DNA of 58,906 nucleotides, taken from the NCBI GenBank assembly GCA_035593545.1, contig DAOSWK010000001.1:1-58906 (forward strand), read 5' to 3'. This document shows positions 43,317 through 52,090 of this stretch, piece by piece. Every line of letters begins with the position of its first letter. The first letter of the stretch is position 1. A program made the position numbers and the translations under genes. The DNA comes from Oscillospiraceae bacterium. GTDB lineage: Bacteria > Bacillota > Clostridia > Oscillospirales > Ruminococcaceae. The notes below the pieces were generated by a model that was not told where the DNA came from, did not search any database, and saw only the letters and a program-made list of their open reading frames with translations.

Positions 43317-43571
43317 ACCTCCGCCGAAAAAACGGCCTGTTTTTTTGCCGTGTGCGGCACGGGATTTTCGCTTCCTCTTCAGCGGACGCCTCCGGCCTTC
43401 TTTCGCCGCAAAGAAAGACAGGCCGGTTTTTCTCCGGCCTTATTTTTATTCATAAAAAATTTACCCGCCTTTCGTCTGCGCGGCCGGGACTCATGCCCCT
43501 TTGAACCGGCCGTGCGGACGAACCCCCGGATGATGCCCGGCAGGACCTGGATCGGCAAAAGAGAGACTCTT

Positions 43572-44252
43572 TTAAAGAACCTGAATTCGGAAGGCGGTGG
43601 TCTGCGGCGGAATGCTCATCGTCTGAAAATTGGCATGCGTGATTTGAACCCACTGCCCGGGTCGCAGGGAACCCAGTTGGATCCGGTTGCCGTTTCGGTT
43701 CAGAATCACCGTATCGTCCGTGACGATGAACCTTTTCTGCCGGTTGATGTCGTTGGGATTCCCTGTCACGAGCATGTGATTCCGGGTATCTACGCCGGCT
43801 ACCCGGTCCGTTGTCGTGACGCTCGGAGGGAGAGGCGGGGATGGAGGACCCGGCGGGGATGGCGGAGACGGTGGGAACGGTTGGATGGGGAAAAGCGGTG
43901 GGATTGGAATTGAGGTGTTTTGCAGAACGGTGATGCGAAACGCATTTGTCTGAGGCGGGATGCTTCTGGTCATGGCCGGGGAAAAAAAGGCGTTGACCCA
44001 CATGCCGGGACGGATATCGGATAAGCGGACCGTGCGGCCGAATTGGTTTGTGATGATGGTATTTCTCCCGACATTTAATCTCAAAAGCTCGATCATTGTC
44101 AGATTGTTCGGCGCTATGACCGCGTAGGAGACCAACAGGTAGCCGGTTCTCCCATCCCTTGTGGACACATCCTCGACAAAGGCGTTGTTGATCTGCCAGA
44201 CATTGCCGCGGCGCACCATCGTTCCTCTGGCTTCTGCGTTTATGTTGGCCAT
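43572..44252 (-). CDS. hypothetical protein with two homologous domains joined by a proline-rich linker
   Basis: Domain ends RPGMWVNAFFSPAMTRSIPPQTNAFRITVL and RPGQWVQITHANFQTMSIPPQTTAFRIQVL. Linker PPSPPSPPGPPSPPLPP. No signal peptide. No family recognised. Confidence 0.6.
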   Translation of the reverse strand: MANINAEARGTMVRRGNVWQINNAFVEDVSTRDGRTGYLLVSYAVIAPNNLTMIELLRLNVGRNTIITNQFGRTVRLSDIRPGMWVNAFFSPAMTRSIPPQTNAFRITVLQNTSIPIPPLFPIQPFPPSPPSPPGPPSPPLPPSVTTTDRVAGVDTRNHMLVTGNPNDINRQKRFIVTDDTVILNRNGNRIQLGSLRPGQWVQITHANFQTMSIPPQTTAFRIQVL

Positions 44253-44659
44253 TTACATGATTCACTCCTTTTTATCTAAAAAGAGGACGGGTTGTTCGGT
44301 AGAAGCGTGTTTTCTTTAGAAAACATTTAAAATTGAAATTAGAACGGAGCTTCCGGAATCCGATGTTTCCAATAAAATCATTCGATTCCGTTTTATTATA
44401 TCGTACCGCCGTCCCCGGTGTGACACGCCCGGGGACTCGCCGAGCATTCGGTTCCCACCAACAGGTTTTTGCCCAGCCGAATGCGGATGCCGACACAGGC
44501 AAAAAAAGTGGCTCCCCACAAAGTGAGGAACGCGGAGGACGATGTTCCATCGCAGTCCTTTCAAGCGTTTGTCGGCATACGGATGTCTGAAAAGGCAAAG
44601 GAAGTTCACGTCCTCGTAGCGAAGCAATTTTAAAAAGCGGTGTCGCTTCCGGTATCCCC

Positions 44660-44704
44660 TTAAAAATAAAAAGACCAAACGCCGCATCATTAAGCGACGT
44701 TTGG
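44660..44704 (-). terminator. rho-independent terminator after tRNA-Gly
   Basis: Minus strand CCAAACG / CGTTTGG stem (44704-44698 / 44681-44675), followed by UCUUUUUAUUUUU. Confidence 0.7.
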
Positions 44705-44714
44705 CTCAGTCTGC

Positions 44715-44788
44715 TGGAGCGGATAACGGGAATCGAACCCGCCTATCCGGCTTGGGAAGCCGGTGTTCTACCAATGAACTATATCCGC
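44715..44788 (-). tRNA. tRNA-Gly (anticodon CCC), CCA encoded
   Basis: Minus strand GCGGATATAGTTCATTGGTAGAACACCGGCTTCCCAAGCCGGATAGGCGGGTTCGATTCCCGTTATCCGCTCCA. It has a 7-bp acceptor stem, anticodon loop UUCCCAA, and T-loop GGTTCGATTCC. Confidence 0.95.
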
Positions 44789-44831
44789 GATTTCCCGTCT
44801 ATTATGCACGAAGAAAGGTCAAATGTCAAGG

Positions 44832-47114
44832 TTAAACCCCGGCAAAATCTTCGTCGATTTTGCGGCAGGAGAGCGCGCCGTCCCAGTCGCAGAAGACCCG
44901 ATCGCCGCGGGAAAGCCCGCCGGAAAGAATCTGTTCCGAGAGCGGATCTTCCACATTGTCGCGCAGAAATTTTTTCATCGGGCGGGCGCCGTTTTCCTTT
45001 TCCGAGCAGAGCTTTGCCATCGCCTCGACGAGATTGGACGAAAAAGAGGCGTCGATGCCGGAAGCGGACAGGCGCTCCCGGAGACCGGAAAGCATCTTAT
45101 GGGCGATCTGCTCCGCAACACGGTAGCCAATCTTGTCAAACGGCACGACCTCGTCGAGCCGGTTAAGGAACTCCGGACGAAACGCGGCCCGGAGCTCGGC
45201 CATCACGGCCGGCCTTACGGCATCCGGCACGGTACCGGCCTTATTCGTCACGGAAAAGCCCATGGGACCGGAGTTGAGGATCGCCTTCGCGCCGACATTG
45301 GAAGTCAGGATCATCACGCAGTTGCGGAAATCCACCTTCCGTCCGTGGGAATCGGTCAGGCGCCCCTCGTCGAGGAGCTGGAGCAGCAGATTGAGCACAT
45401 CCGGATGCGCCTTTTCGATCTCGTCGAACAGGACGACCGAATAGGGCCGCCGCCGGATCTTCTCCGTCAGGCCGCCGGCATCGTCGTAGCCGACGTATCC
45501 CGGCGGCGAGCCGATCAGCTTCGCCACCGAGCCCGGCTCCGCATATTCCGTCATGTCGAGCGAGATCAGCGACTCCTCCGTCCCGAAAAGCGCCTCCGCG
45601 AGCGCCTTCGTCAGCTCCGTCTTGCCGACGCCGGCCGGTCCGACAAAGAGAAACGACCCGATCGGGCGCTTCGGCTCGCGCAGGCCCGCGCGGTTTCTTC
45701 GGATGGCCCTTGCCACGGCGGAAACGGCTCTCTCCTGCCCCGCGACACGGCGGTGAATTGTCTCCTCCAGCCTCATGAGCATGGCACTTTCGTCCTCAGT
45801 GAAGCGGCCGGCGTCGATCCCCGTGCTCAAAGAAAGAACCGCTGCGATGTCCTCCGCCGTCACCTCCGGAAGACAACCGCTCTCCTCGCGGCAAGGCTTC
45901 ATCCCCGCGCGGGAGCAGGCCTCGTCCATCAGGTCGATGGCCTTATCCGGGAGACGATGCTCCGGCAGATAGCGAATGGAGAGCTTTACCGCCGCCTCCA
46001 CCGCCTCCTTGGTGACGCAGACGTGATGGAAGGTTTCATATCGTTCCTTTAACCCGTTGAGAATGGAGATTGCCGCCGCCTCGTCCGGCTCAGGCACCAT
46101 CACGCTCTGGAAACGCCGCTCAAGCGCCTGATCCTTTTCAATGAAACGGCGGTATTCCTCCGTGGTGGTGGCGCCGATCAGCTGAAATTCCCCGCGGGCA
46201 AGCTGCGGTTTGAGCAGATTGGAGGCGTCCACCGCCCCCTCGGCCGCGCCGGTTCCGATCAGGGTATGAATTTCGTCGATAAAAATGATGACATTCCCCG
46301 AATGGGCAACCTCGTCCATCACGGATTTCATGCGCTCTTCGAAATCGCCGCGGTATTTCGCGCCCGCGACCATCAGCGGCAGATCCAGCGCAATGACCCG
46401 TTTCTGACGGAGCGCCTCCGGCACGTCTCCGGCGACGATCTTCTGCGCCAGCCCTTCCGCAATCGCGGTCTTGCCGACGCCGGCGTCCCCGATCAGACAG
46501 GGATTGTTCTTGATCCGCCGGGCAAGGATCTGGACCACCCGGGCCAGCTCCTTCTCCCTGCCGATCACCGGATCGAGCCGGCGTTCCTTCGCGAGCCGCG
46601 TGAGATCCCGCCCGAATTTATCGAGATTCGGCGTGCGGGTCTGCTTCTGCTGCTTTTTGGTCTGATATTCGGTCAGTTCGGCCGTGATGCCGCTGAGTTC
46701 CCGCATAAGCCCCTCCAAATCACAGTCGGTCTGCTTCAGAAAACGAAAGGCGTAGCTGTCCTGTTCTTTGAGAATGGAAAGAAGAATCTGTTCCGTATCC
46801 GCCTGTAAAAGGCCGGAGAGCTTCGCCTCCATCAGCGCGTTCTCCAGAATGCGGCGCGCTTTCGGAGTGAAGTTTTCCGGGGAAAGCTCGGTTCGGGAGC
46901 CGCGACCGACCGTCTCCAGCAGCTTTGCGGTGATGACCTCGCAGCTCGCGCCGCTTCTCCGCACCTGCGCATAGACCATGATGCTGCCCTCCCGCAAAAG
47001 GCCGCAAAGCAGATGCTCGCTGCCCACATAGGTATGGCCCAGCGAACATGCCTGCGCGATGGCCGCATTGACGGCGTTGTTGGCTTTTTGGGTGAATCCG
47101 GTAAATTTAAACAT
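44832..47114 (-). CDS. Clp/Hsp100 ATPase with two AAA+ modules and a Clp_N domain (ClpC/ClpA-type)
   Basis: ORF 44832..47132 trimmed to ATG 47114 (GGAGGA upstream). Two Walker A motifs ([16 protein letters not shown]), a Clp_N repeat, and no obvious UVR linker. Confidence 0.9.
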   Translation of the reverse strand: MFKFTGFTQKANNAVNAAIAQACSLGHTYVGSEHLLCGLLREGSIMVYAQVRRSGASCEVITAKLLETVGRGSRTELSPENFTPKARRILENALMEAKLSGLLQADTEQILLSILKEQDSYAFRFLKQTDCDLEGLMRELSGITAELTEYQTKKQQKQTRTPNLDKFGRDLTRLAKERRLDPVIGREKELARVVQILARRIKNNPCLIGDAGVGKTAIAEGLAQKIVAGDVPEALRQKRVIALDLPLMVAGAKYRGDFEERMKSVMDEVAHSGNVIIFIDEIHTLIGTGAAEGAVDASNLLKPQLARGEFQLIGATTTEEYRRFIEKDQALERRFQSVMVPEPDEAAAISILNGLKERYETFHHVCVTKEAVEAAVKLSIRYLPEHRLPDKAIDLMDEACSRAGMKPCREESGCLPEVTAEDIAAVLSLSTGIDAGRFTEDESAMLMRLEETIHRRVAGQERAVSAVARAIRRNRAGLREPKRPIGSFLFVGPAGVGKTELTKALAEALFGTEESLISLDMTEYAEPGSVAKLIGSPPGYVGYDDAGGLTEKIRRRPYSVVLFDEIEKAHPDVLNLLLQLLDEGRLTDSHGRKVDFRNCVMILTSNVGAKAILNSGPMGFSVTNKAGTVPDAVRPAVMAELRAAFRPEFLNRLDEVVPFDKIGYRVAEQIAHKMLSGLRERLSASGIDASFSSNLVEAMAKLCSEKENGARPMKKFLRDNVEDPLSEQILSGGLSRGDRVFCDWDGALSCRKIDEDFAGV

Positions 47115-47210
47115 GAGATCCTCCGCATGCAATTCCTTTTTCTGAAATTAATATTGGTCCGACACGGTTCATTATACGACAAATCCGTTCCTACTTTCTG
47201 GAAATCGCAA

Positions 47211-47235
47211 AAAAAGCCGAAAAAAAGAGGCGGCT
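47211..47235 (-). terminator. weak-stem terminator after the P-loop ATPase gene
   Basis: Minus strand AGCCG / CGGCU 5-bp stem followed by UUUUUUUGCG. Confidence 0.35.
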
Positions 47236-47263
47236 TCCGTCGTCTCTCTCCTTCTAATGAAGA

Positions 47264-48352
47264 TTATTCCGGGATGCTCGAAATGACTTTTTTGAGCAGT
47301 CGCCCGACCTTTTCAAAATCCATGGCCGGAATATAATACTGCTCCAGCCGGTCGTGCTCATCCCGTGCCTCCTTCATACAGGAGGCGGCCTCCCGAATCA
47401 ACTCCGTGACGGCCCGCAGGGTGAAGCGGATGCGGAATTTATGCGCGGCAAGGCGCTCTTTATTGGTGAAGCGCCGTGCGTGGATCACGCGGTAGGGCGT
47501 GACCTCCGGTTGGTGGCGTTTGTTGGACGTCAAAAAGGCAAGCCCCAGTTCCGGGATCAGGATATGTTCGTATTTGCTGTCCGGGAAAAGCGTGCAGCGG
47601 CAGGAAATGATGTTCTGACCGGCATCCAGCGCGAGCCTGCGCACGGCCGCCATGAACAGTTTCGAGACGGCGCCGCAGTCGTCCTCAATGACATAGATTT
47701 TCCGGCAGAGCAGACGCACGGTGCTGCTCCAGAACCAGACGCCGTCCGCCGTCACGGCACTGAGAAAGCGCTGTTCTTCCTTTCCTGGGCCGGGACGTTT
47801 TTTCCGTGAAAATTCCGCGGCGCAGATCCTCGCCGCACAGGCAAGCACTTTTTCCTGAGAGATACAGGCGTTTGCGATGGCGAGGACCTCGTTCATCAGG
47901 TCCCCGGCCGCCGCAAGGTAGCTGATCGCCCGCATCTGCAGCGCATGGCACGCCCGAAACTCTCCGATAATTTCCGCCCTGGATGCTTTGAGCATATGTT
48001 CATCCCAACAGTTTCCGATCGGCACCAGCGTCTCGCAGGCACCGGGATACTGCGGCTCCATCATATGCGGCGGCGTCGCGTCCAGCATGGAGATTCCAAG
48101 CTCCGGCGCGAGGACGCCGTCCAGAGAGCGCAGATCCGACGAGCAGTAAATCAGCTCGGGTCTCGCCCCTCTCCGGACCAGCTCCGCAGCAAACTCTTTC
48201 ATAAATGTGGATTTTCCGGAACCCGGTCCACCTTTTAATAAATAACAGGCCCGGTCGTTTTCATAATCCGGGACCTGATCAAATCGGGAAACAAATCCCC
48301 GGGGCGTATTGGCTCCGAGGAAAAAGCGCGGCAGTTTTTCCGTTTCTGTCAC
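47264..48352 (-). CDS. P-loop NTPase of unknown function (resembles the PRK06851-type ATPases of sporeformers, from memory)
   Basis: FFLGANTPRGFVSRFD...YLLKGGPGSGKSTFMK Walker A; 362 aa. Confidence 0.65.
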   Translation of the reverse strand: MTETEKLPRFFLGANTPRGFVSRFDQVPDYENDRACYLLKGGPGSGKSTFMKEFAAELVRRGARPELIYCSSDLRSLDGVLAPELGISMLDATPPHMMEPQYPGACETLVPIGNCWDEHMLKASRAEIIGEFRACHALQMRAISYLAAAGDLMNEVLAIANACISQEKVLACAARICAAEFSRKKRPGPGKEEQRFLSAVTADGVWFWSSTVRLLCRKIYVIEDDCGAVSKLFMAAVRRLALDAGQNIISCRCTLFPDSKYEHILIPELGLAFLTSNKRHQPEVTPYRVIHARRFTNKERLAAHKFRIRFTLRAVTELIREAASCMKEARDEHDRLEQYYIPAMDFEKVGRLLKKVISSIPE

Positions 48353-48482
48353 AGGAATTCCTCCTTCCGTCAGTTCAGCTTATGCGAAACCCGCTTCGGG
48401 CGTCACTTCTCTGATGACAAAAGGGGCAAAACATGATACAATGACCCTATCGGAAATCTGTAACTTCAGGCGGTGAGGTAAG

Positions 48483-49217
48483 ATGAAAAAATGCGCGGCG
48501 CTGATCCTGATTCTATGCGTCCTGCTCTCCGGATGTTCCGGCCGGAAAGCCACCGTGGAAGGCCTGAATGAGCTTGGAAAAGATGAGGAAACAACTGTCG
48601 TGATTACGCCGGATTCCGGTACGTCGGAGGCCTCCGAGTCCTCCGCGGAGACGGAGCTTTCCTCCGCCGAAGAAGAATCCTCCGCGGAATCCGCCGAAAG
48701 CTCCTCCGCCGGGACTTCCGAATTGGAATCCGCTTCGGGCGGCGGTTCGGAACCGGAATCCTCCGCGCCCGAACCATCGGGCGCCGGGGAAAGTTCCTCC
48801 ATATCGGAATCCTCGGCTTCCTCCGGCTGGGATACGGCCGACGCCGACGGCTATGCGAAGGACTTCGGCACGCTGATCAATAATCTTCGGACGAGCAACG
48901 GCCTCTCCGCGCTCGAATATGTAACGGATCTGGAGGACCCCGCCTTCGAACGGCTGACCGAGATCGAGCAGTCTTTCAGCCACACGCGGCCCGACGGCAG
49001 AAACTGCTATACGGTCATGGACGATTACGGCATCTCCTATCAGGCCTTCGGGGAAAACCTCGCCCTCAACTATTCCACCGCGCAGGATGTGTTCGACGCC
49101 TGGATGAGCTCCCCCGGCCACTATGCCAACATGATCCGCGCGGACTTCACCGGATATTATCTTATTTCCGGGTCGTCCGGCGGCTCTCAATACTGGGTAC
49201 TTCTGCTGGTCGCATAA
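48483..49217 (+). CDS. lipoprotein with Ser/Glu-rich linker and C-terminal CAP/SCP (YkwD-like) domain
   Basis: Lipobox LLSGC after MKKCAALILILCV. Low-complexity SSAE repeats. CAP-like ...FSHTRPDG...GENLA...WMSSPGHYANM. Confidence 0.8.
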   Translation: MKKCAALILILCVLLSGCSGRKATVEGLNELGKDEETTVVITPDSGTSEASESSAETELSSAEEESSAESAESSSAGTSELESASGGGSEPESSAPEPSGAGESSSISESSASSGWDTADADGYAKDFGTLINNLRTSNGLSALEYVTDLEDPAFERLTEIEQSFSHTRPDGRNCYTVMDDYGISYQAFGENLALNYSTAQDVFDAWMSSPGHYANMIRADFTGYYLISGSSGGSQYWVLLLVA

Positions 49218-49227
49218 TTTATCCATA

Positions 49228-49266
49228 GGAAAAGAGCTTCCCCCGGATGGGAAAGCTCTTTTTTGC
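49228..49266. terminator. bidirectional rho-independent terminator
   Basis: AAGAGCTTCCC (49232-49242) / GGGAAAGCTCTT (49249-49260) with one bulge, then TTTTTTG. Lies between convergent genes. Confidence 0.75.
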
Positions 49267-49271
49267 TTTGG

Positions 49272-49484
49272 TCAGAAGGTTTCCTTTCGGCCAGTTTCGG
49301 AATCCCGCATTGATGCGACGAAATCCTGCATTTCCCGTTTGGAACCGATACTGTGAACCATCGTGATCATGCGTTCCCGTTCTGCATCAGAAAGGGAGGC
49401 GAAATGCTTGAGCGCCTTCTGATCCTGTGCCAAAGCCATGCCGAGGCCGAGCGGTACATCTCCCGCCCCATTGTTTTCGCTCAT
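49272..49484 (-). CDS. small hypothetical protein (70 aa)
   Basis: The ORF reads GLGMALAQDQKALKHFASLSDAERERMI...SKREMQDFV. Pattern seen in small clostridial proteins. No family name recalled. Confidence 0.5.
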   Translation of the reverse strand: MSENNGAGDVPLGLGMALAQDQKALKHFASLSDAERERMITMVHSIGSKREMQDFVASMRDSETGRKETF

Positions 49485-49526
49485 TCTATCTTCACCTCGT
49501 TCATAGTTTTGCCGGGTCGGGACCGA

Positions 49527-49922
49527 TTATGCACCCGGCAAGGTTTTCCGGCGGGCGGCACGATCCGTAAAAAGAGCGACCGGTACGCAGAGCAGGCACC
49601 AAAAGAAAGAATAGAGCGGACAGATCTGGCCGAGGAAATTTCCGGGTACGGCGGAATAATCCCAGACATGCAGGCGCAACATCCGGTTGAAAATCAGCCC
49701 GAACGCCAGCTCCACGCCGGTGACGACGCCTCCGCCCGCCGCGGACCGCACCAAGAGGGAAAATCCCCGGAGCCTATGAAACAGTCCGGTCAGCAAAAGC
49801 AGCGACATGCCGCCGGCCGCAGCCATGCTCCAGTGCGTCCTGCCGCGCCAGAGGAGCTCCAGCAGGCAGTAGCCCGCCGCGCCGGAGCAAAAAAGAAGAG
49901 ATCGTTTTCCGATTTTTTTCAT
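49527..49922 (-). CDS. small polytopic membrane protein (DUF1113 / putative ABC-transporter type IV-like)
   Basis: ORF 49527..49967 trimmed to ATG 49922. WDYSAVPGNFLGQICPLYSFFW motif. About four TM segments. Confidence 0.55.
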   Translation of the reverse strand: MKKIGKRSLLFCSGAAGYCLLELLWRGRTHWSMAAAGGMSLLLLTGLFHRLRGFSLLVRSAAGGGVVTGVELAFGLIFNRMLRLHVWDYSAVPGNFLGQICPLYSFFWCLLCVPVALFTDRAARRKTLPGA

Positions 49923-50082
49923 ATTCAACACCGAACTTAGATTTCCCGCTGAAGCGCCAATTATCAAAAGGCGGACCTGTTCGGCTTCGAATTTTGTCTT
50001 ACAAAGAATTTACAGAAATTTCATTGTAGATTTTACGTTTTTCCATTATAATAAGACAATTGAGAAGTAAGGAGATGATATC

Positions 50083-50877
50083 ATGGAAGTAGATATCACG
50101 GCGCTGCAGTCGAAAAAAGTTTTTATCATCGATATGGACGGCGTCATCTATCACGGCAACCGCATCATTCCGCATGTGGCGGAATTTGTTGACTGGCTGC
50201 AATCCAACAAGAAAGAGTTTTTATTCCTGACCAACAGCTCGGAACGCTCCCCTCGGGAACTTTCCCAGAAGCTGGAACGGATGGGGCTTCGCGTCGACGA
50301 AAAGCATTTTTATACCAGCGCGCTCGCGACGGCCTCTTTCCTCAAAAGCCAGCATGACCACGGCTCCGTCTATGTGATCGGCGAGCCGGGCCTGACCTTC
50401 GCCCTCTATGAGGCGGGCTTCAGCATGAACGACGTCAACCCGGACTATGTGGTGTTCGGAGAGACAAAATCCGTCAACTATGAAAAAATTGAGCGCGCCG
50501 TCAAGCTCGTTCAGAACGGCGCAAAGCTCATTGGCACCAACAGCGACCTCACCGCGCCGACGGAGAACGGCTTTGTCCCAGCCTGCCGCGCCCTGATCGC
50601 GCCGATTGAACTGACCACCCAGAAACAGGCCTACTTCGTCGGCAAACCGAACCCTCTGATGATGCGGCACGGACTTAACAAACTCGGCCGCCGGGAAGAG
50701 GATGCCGTCATCATCGGCGACCGGATGGATACGGACATGATCGCCGGCATCGAGAGTGAGATGGACACCGTGCTTGTCCTCTCCGGCGTCAGCACGATGG
50801 AGACGGTCGATCAGTTCGCCTATCGCCCCAAATATATTCTGCCGGATGTGGGCGCCATCGCCGGCATCACCGACTGA
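50083..50877 (+). CDS. HAD-IIA family hydrolase (NagD-like sugar phosphatase)
   Basis: IIDMDGVIYHG motif I, LFLTNSS motif II, GDRMDTD motif IV. Confidence 0.85.
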   Translation: MEVDITALQSKKVFIIDMDGVIYHGNRIIPHVAEFVDWLQSNKKEFLFLTNSSERSPRELSQKLERMGLRVDEKHFYTSALATASFLKSQHDHGSVYVIGEPGLTFALYEAGFSMNDVNPDYVVFGETKSVNYEKIERAVKLVQNGAKLIGTNSDLTAPTENGFVPACRALIAPIELTTQKQAYFVGKPNPLMMRHGLNKLGRREEDAVIIGDRMDTDMIAGIESEMDTVLVLSGVSTMETVDQFAYRPKYILPDVGAIAGITD

Positions 50878-50892
50878 GCAAGAGGATATTTT

Positions 50893-51660
50893 ATGCCGAA
50901 ACAAGTTTGGAAACCCTCGACCCTGCTGACCCCTACGCCTGCGGCCCTCGTCACCTGCGGTACCATGGAACACCCGAATGTGCTGACGGTCGCGTGGACG
51001 GGCATCGTCTGCTCCACGCCGGCCATGACCTATGTCTCGATCCGGCCGGAGCGGTTTTCCCACCATCTGATTCAGGAATCCGGTGAATTCGTCATCAACG
51101 TCACCACCGCCGAGCTTGTGCGCGCCGCGGATTTCTGCGGCTGCCGCTCCGGCGAGGATACCGATAAATTCGCCGAAATCGGGCTGACTCCGATCCCCGC
51201 CTCGCAGGTTGCGCCGCCGCTGATTGAGGAGAGCCCCGTCTCCCTCGAATGCCGGGTTGTCGAGGTAAAACACCTCGGTTCCCACGACCTGTTTCTTGCG
51301 GAGATCGTCGCCGTAGATGTGGACGACACCTGCGTCGAGAGCGACGGAAAACTGAATCTGCGGAAGTGCGGCATCGTCTTTTACTCCCATGGGGAATATT
51401 TCGGCCAGGGCAAAAAACTCGGCCAGATGGGCTATTCCGTTCGCAAAAAGCGCCCGAAAAATCCGGGCCGGGGTTCCGTGGAACGTCCGCAGAAGCCCGC
51501 AGACACACAGCGGCCCGCAAAGGCGCAAAAGCCCGCGAACGCGCAGAAATCTATGAAAGCGCCGAAACCTGTGAAGTCGCCGGCCGAAAACAAGAACTCC
51601 TTCCCGACCGAATTCCGAAACGGCAAACCGGTCTTTAAAAGGCAGGAAAAACGGAAATAA
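50893..51660 (+). CDS. flavin reductase-like FMN-binding split-barrel protein with Lys/Pro-rich C-terminal tail
   Basis: PAALVTCGT...NVLTVAWTGIV flavin-reductase core (about 180 aa), followed by the tail RKKRPKNPGRG...PAKAQKPANAQKSMKAPKPVKSP. Confidence 0.8.
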   Translation: MPKQVWKPSTLLTPTPAALVTCGTMEHPNVLTVAWTGIVCSTPAMTYVSIRPERFSHHLIQESGEFVINVTTAELVRAADFCGCRSGEDTDKFAEIGLTPIPASQVAPPLIEESPVSLECRVVEVKHLGSHDLFLAEIVAVDVDDTCVESDGKLNLRKCGIVFYSHGEYFGQGKKLGQMGYSVRKKRPKNPGRGSVERPQKPADTQRPAKAQKPANAQKSMKAPKPVKSPAENKNSFPTEFRNGKPVFKRQEKRK

Positions 51661-51666
51661 AAAAAA

Positions 51667-51703
51667 CGGGGGTCTGTTTTGGAAACGGGCCTCCGGTTTT
51701 TTC
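51667..51703 (+). terminator. rho-independent terminator after the flavin reductase gene
   Basis: CGGGGGTC (51667-51674) / GGCCTCCG (51689-51696), 8 bp including two G.U pairs that are valid only on plus-strand RNA, then GTTTTTTCT. Confidence 0.5.
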
Positions 51704-52003
51704 TCCGGCTTTCATCCGTCCCGATTTAACGAGGCGGAAGATATGAAACAGAAAGGCCGGAATGCGTCTAAAAGCGGGTTTCAGCTTTCTCTTTGGCTCT
51801 GAGCGTCTCGTTTTATATAGAAAAGAAAATAGGAACCATGGAAACCGGGAGTATGTTTAAAAAACAGATTCCCGGCTTTTTTTCGTCCGGCCAAGTTCCC
51901 GCGCCGCCGTAGAATCCGGAATTTTCCTGAATCTGTGGAAGGCCGCGCGGTTCCGGACGGTGCCGGTCATAGGGATACGCCGGGCCGAAAGCGGAACGGC
52001 AAG

Positions 52004-52033
52004 GCATGAAAAGCACTGCCTTTCTCATACCTT
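52004..52033 (+). promoter_or_regulatory. possible mother-cell (sigma-E type) promoter of ylbJ
   Basis: GCATGAA (52004-52010), 15 nt, CATACCTT (52026-52033), compared with the remembered consensus kmATATT-14-CATACAnT. Lies about 58 nt upstream of ATG 52091. Confidence 0.25.
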
Positions 52034-52090
52034 TTTCTGCGGAAACGCGGCGTTTTGCCAAAGCGTTCCGGCAAAAAAAGGAGGCCCCCC

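Noticed and set aside
44316-44690. ORF 44316..44690 (124 aa) next to tRNA-Gly.
   Set aside because: It begins inside the tRNA terminator region. Its Arg/Leu/His-rich product has no SD, and it spans several strong hairpins. It looks non-coding.
42430-44832. Prophage or integrative-element remnant at tRNA-Gly.
   Set aside because: No integrase, recombinase or phage genes are present. I found no repeat of the tRNA 3' end and no visible compositional shift. It is kept only as a low-interest islet observation.
47156-47172. Possible CtsR operator (GGTCCGA CAC GGTTCAT) upstream of the Clp ATPase gene, next to a TATAAT at 47171-47176 (minus strand).
   Set aside because: Only about 4-5 of 7 positions of each heptad match the GGTCAAA direct-repeat consensus. 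No convincing -35 element is present, and no ctsR/mcsAB genes are adjacent. This is too weak to call.
51838-51912. 24-codon ORF (METGSMFKKQIPGFFSSGQVPAPP) with a hairpin plus T-run (CCGGGA...TCCCGG, 51845-51892) in the spacer upstream of ylbJ.
   Set aside because: The SD is very weak (AGGA 3 nt from the ATG), the hairpin lies inside the ORF, and there is no supporting promoter. Not reportable as a gene.
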